Of a stretch of DNA of 64,000 bases, positions 56,947 to 64,000 are shown one piece after another (position 1 is the stretch's first letter; each line of letters opens with the position of its first letter). Location: NCBI GenBank assembly GCA_051251915.1, contig JBPOGF010000010.1, positions 1 through 64,000 of the forward strand, read 5' to 3'. The position numbers and the translations under genes are program-made. Below the pieces are notes generated by a model. The model was not told the DNA's origin. It searched no databases and saw nothing but the letters and a program-made list of their open reading frames with translations. The DNA comes from Akkermansiaceae bacterium (GTDB lineage: Bacteria > Verrucomicrobiota > Verrucomicrobiia > Verrucomicrobiales > Akkermansiaceae).

Positions 56947-59865
56947 ATGAAAAATAAACTGACGACAATAACAGTAGGCTTGATGGCGATTACAGGATTC
57001 AGCTATGCCGCGGATATTTATGTAAGCCCTGATGGCGCTGATACGAATGCAGGAACACAAGCTAAACCTTTAGCTACATTTTCTGCGGCACGTGATAAGG
57101 TCCGCGCAGTTGTCGGGAAAGAAGCTGTCACGGTGCATGTGGGTGATGGTATTTATTACCTTCCAGAGACGCTGGTATTCACACCTGCCGATTCAGGCAC
57201 AGAGAAAAATCCAGTCGTTTACAAAGCAGCCAACGAGGGGAAAGCAATTATCAGTGGAGGCTCTCAGCTGGATCTGACATGGACAGATTATGAGGGTGGG
57301 ATCTATCAGGTTAAGACGGCAGAGGGGTTGAAGATTGATCAGTTATTTATCGATGGTAAGAATCAGCGGATGGCGCGTTATCCGAATTTCGATCCTGAGA
57401 AGAAGGCCGAGCCTTATCAGGGGTATGCTGCTGATGCGTTTTCTAAGGAACGAGCAGATCTCTGGGCAGATCCTACCGGAGGATATATTCACTCAATGCA
57501 CCGCGCTCGCTGGGGTGGTTATCATTACCTGATCACCGGCAAGGATGACAAGGGTGAGGTCATTTATGAAGGTGGCTGGCAGAATAACCGTAAGTCATCC
57601 ATGCATGCTGAGTATCGTATGGTGGAGAACATTTTCGAGGAGCTAGATGTGGAGCATGAGTGGTATCACAATACGAAGACGAACACACTTTATTTCAAAC
57701 CAGCTGATGGAACTGATATGAGTTCTGTGAAGGTTGAAGTGGTGCGTTTAAGGCATTTGGTGGAATTTCAGGGATCAGAGAAGGAGCCTGTGAAATACAT
57801 TACTTTACAGGGTTTTACAGTTCGCCATGCGGCGCGCACGTTTATGGATGTGAAGGAACCGCTTTTGCGCTCAGACTGGGCGATTTACCGTGGTGGAGCT
57901 TACTTGCTAACTGGAACTGAGGATGTACAAATTTTGGATACGGAGTTTGATCAGGTGGGTGGCAATGCCGTCTTTGTGAACAACTACAATCGTAATGTTA
58001 TGGTGAAGGGGTGCCATATCCATGATGCGGGTGCTAGTGGTGTTTGTTTTGTGGGTGATCCTAATGCGGTGCGAGATCCGTTATTTGAATATGGTGAGAA
58101 GAATGATTTGTCAAAACTAGACCTCACTGTGGGGCCGAAGACTAACAATTATCCAGCAAATTCTACGGTGGAGGATTGTTTGATTCATGGGATAGGCCGC
58201 ACTGAGCGACAGCCAGCGGGTGTGCAGATTTCTATGGCGCAGGGCATCACTATACGTGACTGCTCTATCTACGATACCGCGCGTGCGGGTATCAATATCA
58301 GTGAGGGGACTTGGGGGGGGCATTTGATCGAGCGTTGTGATGTGTTTGATACTGTTTTAGAAACTCACGACCATGGATCATTTAACTCATGGGGACGAGA
58401 TCGTTACTGGCGTTCGGATGTGAAGCCGACTCAAGAGGCGGTGAATAAAGACCCTAAGCTTCCATTCTTGGATGCGATGAAGACGACTGTGATTCGTGAT
58501 AGCCGCTGGCGATGTGAGCACGGCTGGGATATTGATCTCGATGACGGAAGCTCAAATTATGACATTTATAATAACTTGCTGCTGTCTGGTGGGTTGAAAT
58601 TACGCGAAGGCTTCCGTCGTCATGCGTGGAATAACATCACAGCGAATAATGGTTTTCATCCGCATGTTTGGTATCATGGAAGTAAGGATCAGATTTATTC
58701 TAACATTTTCATGTCTTCACATAGAGCCGCTCGTATGAATACGCCTTACACCGATGGCACACGAGTCGATAGCAATTTCTATGCTGTTCCTGAAGCTAGG
58801 ATCATGAATCTCTCTAAGAAACTTGGTTGGGATGAAAATTCCGCTTTTGGAGACCCGATGTTTATCGATCCGGAGAGTGGAGATTTTAGGGTCAAGGAAG
58901 GTTCACCAGCGTTGAAGGTAGGGTTTAAGAATTTCCCGATGGATCAGTTCGGAGTGAAGAAAGCATCACTCAAAGCGATAGCTAAGACACCTGTTTTTGG
59001 ACCTATAAAGAAAGCAAAGGGATCTAACAAAACGCAAGCCCAACCTGCGGCTAGGAAAGGACCGTTTGTCTGGCTGGGTGCGAAGCTTCATACATTATCC
59101 GGGGAGGAATTCTCCGCCTATGGGGTGAGTAAAGAAGAGGGCGGGGTTAGCTTAAGGGCTGTTCCAGCTAATTCTGCGGCGGCTAAATCAGGTCTTGAGC
59201 AGGATGACCTTATCCAGGGATTGAACGGACAGAAGGTTTCTTCCACTGAGGACCTTTTTAAGGCGTTGGCAACTGCTGGATCCAAGCCAGTGAAAGTGAA
59301 AGTGGTGAGAAATCAGGAGGCGACAGAATTGACTCTGCCACCATTGCCTTATGTGAAAATAGAACAAGCATCTAATGCCAAAGGATTCACTAGATTACCA
59401 CTTCCAGCTGCTAGAGAAGGATTGATTACTACTCATCCTGGCACCAATAACGATCCTCTAACAAGTCTAGTAGACGGAAAACTAGGGAGAGGTTTTGGAC
59501 CTGTATTTAGTAACGGAATCACCAACGGAGCCTATAAAATGGACTTGGGGTCAGCCAAGAGCGTTGCTGCTATTACCAGCTGGTCTTTTGGAAAAGGAGG
59601 TCGTGGTATGCAAAAACTAACGCTGTATGGTAGTGCCTCTGATAAAAATCCTGGTTGGGAGCTAAACAACTACACTCCTCTGGGGACGATCGATACCACA
59701 GCTACCTATATAGCAACTTATACTGCGGCTTCGCTACGAGCTCCAGCAGGGAAATCGTTAGGTAACTATCGCTGGATTGTTTGGGCGGTTTCACCGGTCA
59801 CTTCTGCTGGTGATGGTGAGAACACCTCGTTTCAAGAACTTTCGGTTCAGCTGGGATCGAACTGA
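56947..59865 (+). CDS. Secreted right-handed beta-helix protein (GH141-like) with PDZ domain
   Basis: IYVSPDGAD...G....P.AT, ARYPN, ENIFEELD and WDIDLDDGSSNY motifs; PDZ-like SAAAKSGLEQDDLIQGLNG. Confidence 0.78.
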   Translation: MKNKLTTITVGLMAITGFSYAADIYVSPDGADTNAGTQAKPLATFSAARDKVRAVVGKEAVTVHVGDGIYYLPETLVFTPADSGTEKNPVVYKAANEGKAIISGGSQLDLTWTDYEGGIYQVKTAEGLKIDQLFIDGKNQRMARYPNFDPEKKAEPYQGYAADAFSKERADLWADPTGGYIHSMHRARWGGYHYLITGKDDKGEVIYEGGWQNNRKSSMHAEYRMVENIFEELDVEHEWYHNTKTNTLYFKPADGTDMSSVKVEVVRLRHLVEFQGSEKEPVKYITLQGFTVRHAARTFMDVKEPLLRSDWAIYRGGAYLLTGTEDVQILDTEFDQVGGNAVFVNNYNRNVMVKGCHIHDAGASGVCFVGDPNAVRDPLFEYGEKNDLSKLDLTVGPKTNNYPANSTVEDCLIHGIGRTERQPAGVQISMAQGITIRDCSIYDTARAGINISEGTWGGHLIERCDVFDTVLETHDHGSFNSWGRDRYWRSDVKPTQEAVNKDPKLPFLDAMKTTVIRDSRWRCEHGWDIDLDDGSSNYDIYNNLLLSGGLKLREGFRRHAWNNITANNGFHPHVWYHGSKDQIYSNIFMSSHRAARMNTPYTDGTRVDSNFYAVPEARIMNLSKKLGWDENSAFGDPMFIDPESGDFRVKEGSPALKVGFKNFPMDQFGVKKASLKAIAKTPVFGPIKKAKGSNKTQAQPAARKGPFVWLGAKLHTLSGEEFSAYGVSKEEGGVSLRAVPANSAAAKSGLEQDDLIQGLNGQKVSSTEDLFKALATAGSKPVKVKVVRNQEATELTLPPLPYVKIEQASNAKGFTRLPLPAAREGLITTHPGTNNDPLTSLVDGKLGRGFGPVFSNGITNGAYKMDLGSAKSVAAITSWSFGKGGRGMQKLTLYGSASDKNPGWELNNYTPLGTIDTTATYIATYTAASLRAPAGKSLGNYRWIVWAVSPVTSAGDGENTSFQELSVQLGSN

Positions 59866-60152
59866 CTTCAATGGTGCGAAGGAAGGACCGATTATGATTA
59901 CTGATATTCCGGGGCAATATGTTGTAGATGTTGTTCTGGAAAACATCGTTATTTCTTATCCATGGCACGGCACTGAAGCGGATTCTAAACGTAAGTTAGC
60001 TGAAGACAATGCACGCTACCCTGAGTAATGTTTTTTGGGTGTTACCAAGTTGGAGTGCTTACATCTGGCATGCAAAAAACATGAAGTTCAAGAATGTGAC
60101 GATGACTACCCGTGATGAGAACGCGCGGACAAAAATTGTTTTGGATGATGTG
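59866..60152 (+). pseudogene. GH28-like glycoside hydrolase C-terminal remnant
   Basis: GPIMITDIPGQYVVDVVLENIVISYP...RYPE-stop, then a frameshift to VLPSWSAYIWHAKNMKFKNVTMTTRDENARTKIVLDDV. Confidence 0.65.
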
Positions 60153-60219
60153 GGTAGACTTGTTAAACATTAGAATATATAAATGGAAACATGAAAAAAT
60201 ATTATACCTAATCACGAGC

Positions 60220-62031
60220 ATGCCAGCATATATTATATTTACTCTATTCATTCTCATTCAGACAAGTTTTGCTCAGCGTGCTAAATTAGAGCGCGTGCCC
60301 TTCATCCATCCTGGAATTATGATGACTGGAGAACAACTGGATTTGATGCGGGATAGGATCAATAAGGGGATTGAACCGCAAAAGTCTGCTTTTGATGTGC
60401 TCAAAAAGGACCGCCGGGCTGCGAAAGATTACAAACCCAATAATAAACATTTTAAATGGGATTCAGGCGAAAGAGACGCCCAGGCCTGCTGGGTTCAAGC
60501 GTTGATGTGGTCGATCACTCAAGAAGCGGTGTATGCTGAAAATGTTCTGAACATTATGGATGCCTACTCAACTTTAGAGGAAGTGACTGGAACTACGAAA
60601 GACCTCAGGATCGGCTTGATGGGCACTATGTTTATGCGGGGTGCAGAAATCGTAAAGCACACCTATCCGAAGTGGAGACCGGAAACAGAGAAGAAGTTCA
60701 TGGAGATGTACGACAGAGCGTTCATGCCTACTCTACTGACACGTGTTGAACACGAGAATAATTGGATGTCTTCAATTACTGAATCACTCATGGCCACTGC
60801 CATTTTCAAGGATGATCCAGAACTCTTTGATTTAGCAGTGTACCGTCTCAAGATTTACCTGCCGACGAATGTACCTCGTGAAAATGGACAGCCGGCAGAA
60901 TTATGGAGGGATATTGCCCATGCCGAGGAGGGGATCGGTGCTTTAATACAAACTGCAGAGATGGCCCGAAACCAGGGAGTTGATGCCTACGGGTGGCTAG
61001 ATAATCGCATGGTTAAAGGCATGGAGTATCTTGGAGAAGTCATCGACACAAAAGATAAACGATTCAAAAAAAATTACCCATTAGATGTGGGCTGGGAAAT
61101 CGTCTACAACCATTACCACTATCGAATGGGAATGGAAATTCCTTGGACGAAAAAATTAGTGCGAACTGTAAGGCCGGAAGGTTTATTTAGACACACGTCG
61201 CTGGGCACATTGATAAAAGGTGAAATGGATAAGGATAGACCAGTAACGATTTTACACTGGCGCCTACCTAAAGCTTACACAGGTGCACCGTATTCCCATA
61301 CCTTGAAAAGATACGGTTGTTCATCACCTGTTGAGTGGGTTCTAGATGAAGAGACGACCCTGCCTGCGGGTCTGAAAATCAGCACTGACGGACAGGTGAC
61401 TGGCAATGTCCAGGCTGCCCCCGGGGTCTATAAAATTGTCTTAAAAAGTTCCGGGCCATCCTGCGATCCTATTACAACCACCTATTATCTACCTGTCAGC
61501 AAGCAGCTTCCACCAGCACAAGTAAAAGCGACTAAGCCAGGTCTCAGATATGAATACAGAACCCCTCATTTTGACACCGAACCCGGTCTGAAGCCCTTTC
61601 AGAGTCTTACAACAGGCAGTATACCTACCTTCAGGTTTCCACCTGCCAAAGACGAAGCGTATGCCCTCCGCTTTACCGGTTATCTGGACGTTCCCACTGA
61701 CGGAAGTTACAGTTTTCAGGTGGGTACAGAAAACCAGTCCCGTCTCTATATTGATGACCGGCTTGTGGTGGACCATTGGATGCGTGATAATCGGGCCAGA
61801 ATAGCTTGGAGTCAATTTGACTCTGAATTAGGGCTAAAGGCCGGCAAACACAAGATTGTTCTTACGGTCAACAACGGCAATTACAAAAGGGGTAACCTCT
61901 ATGGAGAATGGCCTTCCATGCGCAATCTGTTCAAAGTCCAATGGAAGATCCCTGGTGCTGCTAAACATGTTTCCATACCCCAGTCAGCCTTGCTGCAACC
62001 TAGCGAATCTTCAGTACTACTTCAGAAATAA
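60220..62031 (+). CDS. Alginate-lyase-like (alpha/alpha toroid) protein with Ig-like and PA14 domains
   Basis: FIHPG, NNW, E.WRDIAH and WEIVYNHY motifs; TLPAGLKISTDGQVTG Ig repeat; FTGYLDVPTDGSYSF PA14. Confidence 0.7.
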   Translation: MPAYIIFTLFILIQTSFAQRAKLERVPFIHPGIMMTGEQLDLMRDRINKGIEPQKSAFDVLKKDRRAAKDYKPNNKHFKWDSGERDAQACWVQALMWSITQEAVYAENVLNIMDAYSTLEEVTGTTKDLRIGLMGTMFMRGAEIVKHTYPKWRPETEKKFMEMYDRAFMPTLLTRVEHENNWMSSITESLMATAIFKDDPELFDLAVYRLKIYLPTNVPRENGQPAELWRDIAHAEEGIGALIQTAEMARNQGVDAYGWLDNRMVKGMEYLGEVIDTKDKRFKKNYPLDVGWEIVYNHYHYRMGMEIPWTKKLVRTVRPEGLFRHTSLGTLIKGEMDKDRPVTILHWRLPKAYTGAPYSHTLKRYGCSSPVEWVLDEETTLPAGLKISTDGQVTGNVQAAPGVYKIVLKSSGPSCDPITTTYYLPVSKQLPPAQVKATKPGLRYEYRTPHFDTEPGLKPFQSLTTGSIPTFRFPPAKDEAYALRFTGYLDVPTDGSYSFQVGTENQSRLYIDDRLVVDHWMRDNRARIAWSQFDSELGLKAGKHKIVLTVNNGNYKRGNLYGEWPSMRNLFKVQWKIPGAAKHVSIPQSALLQPSESSVLLQK

Positions 62032-62059
62032 GCGTAGTTGTAGAAAAGCCAGATCTGCA

Positions 62060-63445
62060 CTAATCATCATCTGATCTAAACTTTTTGCCCCAGAGTTTGT
62101 AGATTTTGGTTTTGGAGCCCATGTGCTCTGTTGCGGCGTTGACTTCATCTAGATAGGATACCATGAGTTTGTGTAATTCTGCTGTTTTCTCAGGCATTTT
62201 TTTCGAGAGATCTTTGGCTTCTGCTAGGTCCTTGCTCAGGTCAAAGAGCTCGATCGTGTTTTTCTCCCAAGTCTTTACAAGCTTGTAGTCGCCTTTACGG
62301 AGGGCAGTTTGAGGTTTGCGGATCACAGCTTGGTGGAATACCAAAAAGTCATTGTTACGCTCTACTGATTCAGATTTTCCTGTGAAGAGAAGTTTAAGGC
62401 TGCCGCCATCTAGTCTACCGTGCTGTAGTTTACGCCCAGCGATATCGGAAATAGTGGGCAATAGGTCTACGCCTGAAACAGGGACATGAGAAATGACGTT
62501 GGATTTGATTCCTGGGCCGCTGACGATGAATGGCACACGGATTCCACCTTCGTAGAGTTTTCCCTTACCGTCACGGAGTGGTAGATTGAGGTTTTCGGAC
62601 TTGAATCCTGGGAGCTTGGTTCTGCCGCCATTGTCAGACATGAAGATGATGTAGGTAGAGTCATCAAGGCCTAGTTCTTTGACTTTATCTAGCACTTTGC
62701 CGATGCCAGTGTCCATATCTTCGGTCATGGCTGCAAATTCAGGGATGTTGTGGTCATTTCCTTTTTTCCTTTTTGCAACGCGATCCAATGTCTCCTTTTT
62801 ATAGAAAATATCGAGGTGGACAGCATAATGCGAAAGCTGGACGTAGAATGGTTTTTTCTGCTCAGCACATTCAGTCATGAACTTGCAGGTGCGGTCTGTG
62901 AGGTAATCAATCAGCTTCGGATCTTCTTTGGCTGCAGGTCCGTCACTGCCACGACCTCCACCTTCAGTGTTTGTGGTTGGGCCATCGCTGACATCATACC
63001 CCAGAGCTTCTGGAGTGACATCGTCAAAGCGGAAATCCCATTTTCCGAAATGTGCGGTGCGGTAGTTTGGATCGATTGCTTTGAGGGTATTCGGGATAGT
63101 TGGCTGTTTATTGTAGTAGTCAGTCCAATCCGGTTGATCTTTCTGATAGATGTGTCGAGCGGGTGATTGACCGATGAGAATGCTGCGTCGTGTAGGGCAG
63201 CAATAAGGTGAGGATGCGTAGCCATTGGTGAAACGTATGCCCATTTTTGCCAAACGCTCTAGGTGTGGAGTCTGATAATAGTCGCTTTTGGAATCAGGGT
63301 TTGAAGGATCAATTGTTACAGAACTTCCGCGCCAGCTCTGATCATCACTGAGGATTAGGATAAAGTTAGGACGCTTTTCTGCTGCTTTAGAAAAGATTGA
63401 GCTAAGGAACAGGAGGCATAGTGAGACCTTAATTCTATTGTTCAT
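62060..63445 (-). CDS. Formylglycine-dependent sulfatase
   Basis: PNFILILSDDQ, CCPTR, HFGKW, SDNGG and YEGGIRVP motifs; start taken at MNNRI. Confidence 0.93.
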   Translation of the reverse strand: MNNRIKVSLCLLFLSSIFSKAAEKRPNFILILSDDQSWRGSSVTIDPSNPDSKSDYYQTPHLERLAKMGIRFTNGYASSPYCCPTRRSILIGQSPARHIYQKDQPDWTDYYNKQPTIPNTLKAIDPNYRTAHFGKWDFRFDDVTPEALGYDVSDGPTTNTEGGGRGSDGPAAKEDPKLIDYLTDRTCKFMTECAEQKKPFYVQLSHYAVHLDIFYKKETLDRVAKRKKGNDHNIPEFAAMTEDMDTGIGKVLDKVKELGLDDSTYIIFMSDNGGRTKLPGFKSENLNLPLRDGKGKLYEGGIRVPFIVSGPGIKSNVISHVPVSGVDLLPTISDIAGRKLQHGRLDGGSLKLLFTGKSESVERNNDFLVFHQAVIRKPQTALRKGDYKLVKTWEKNTIELFDLSKDLAEAKDLSKKMPEKTAELHKLMVSYLDEVNAATEHMGSKTKIYKLWGKKFRSDDD

Positions 63446-63458
63446 ATGAATGATGGCT

Positions 63459-64000
63459 TTAAGGGGTTTTATCACCCAGTGTCTCAATCAGGCTTAATTG
63501 CATACGTTCTTCATAATTTTCCACCTTAAGTTTTTTAAGGGTGGGTAGGAGGGCACGTGCATCTTCACCGATCCAATCCATAATATTGAGCACTTTTAAT
63601 GTGGCGTAGCTATTTGTTTTCAGGAGGTTTTCCAGACATTGGTAGCCTTTGGTTTTCTCATTGGTATTAATGAGCAGCCAGGCTCCCATGGCTCTGACTT
63701 CATGGGACTCATCTTCAAGTCCTAGAAAGCCCGCAGATTGTTCATTGATCAGAAAACAACCGACCATGCCCCAATAACGCAGACCGCTGTCCGAGCTCTT
63801 GAGCAAGTTAAGCAGAGCATCCTTATTGGCGGGGTCTTTTTGCAGTGCTAGGTCTGCGGCATCGAGGTAAGCAGGGAGATTGTATAGCTCCGGATCACGC
63901 ACCATTTCATAAATGGTCATGTTGTTCTCAGCAGCACGTTTTACGACCTCTGACTCGGGTAGCATTCCAGCATCATAGACGGATTCCTGCCAGCCTCGTA
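63459..64000 (-). CDS. C-terminal part of a gene running off the window; probable sulfatase with HEAT-like tail
   Basis: Frame open to the window edge; LLKSSDSGLRYWG and LEDESHEVRAMGA HEAT-like repeats; sulfatase cluster context. Confidence 0.6.
   Translation of the reverse strand, partial: RGWQESVYDAGMLPESEVVKRAAENNMTIYEMVRDPELYNLPAYLDAADLALQKDPANKDALLNLLKSSDSGLRYWGMVGCFLINEQSAGFLGLEDESHEVRAMGAWLLINTNEKTKGYQCLENLLKTNSYATLKVLNIMDWIGEDARALLPTLKKLKVENYEERMQLSLIETLGDKTP

Overview
This is a bacterial chromosomal segment, most likely from a Verrucomicrobiota member (inferred from two PEP-CTERM proteins, a sulfatase cluster, an orphan CII-like regulator and a D-x-D-G-D-G C-terminal surface domain). 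In order it holds: tRNA-Gly; birA; a signalling operon (hybrid His kinase, Ser/Thr kinase fused to an HPt-like domain, single receiver); xylR/xylA/xylB; small hypotheticals; pdhC; tpx, leuA, a site-2 protease, a rhomboid and a hydrolase; a PEP-CTERM gene; and a Pho locus (nptA-phoB-phoR // pstS-pstC-pstA-pstB-phoU). A ~2.2 kb accessory insert splits the Pho locus and carries a tandem repeat array, a group II intron 3' remnant, a PIN toxin-antitoxin pair with an attC-like site and REP-like hairpins. Downstream are an esterase, an FAD oxidase, a CII-like regulator, an M12 metallopeptidase, a TonB receptor divergent from mntR, mnmA, a mosaic of short repeats, an aminopeptidase, and a sulfated-glycan locus (sulfatases, NarL-type two-component system, PEP-CTERM, beta-helix enzyme, lyase-like protein, GH28 remnant). 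The most notable observations are: (1) co-oriented arrays of short-period repeat modules at 28 kb and 46 kb that share sequence; (2) a Ser/Thr kinase fused to a His-to-Gln pseudo-HPt inside a phosphorelay operon; (3) giant PstA/PstC with unrecognised inserts; (4) three regulator motifs read directly from the sequence (Pho box x4, MntR box, and a 22-bp box in the sulfatase locus). All functional calls are from motif recognition only; no database searches were run.
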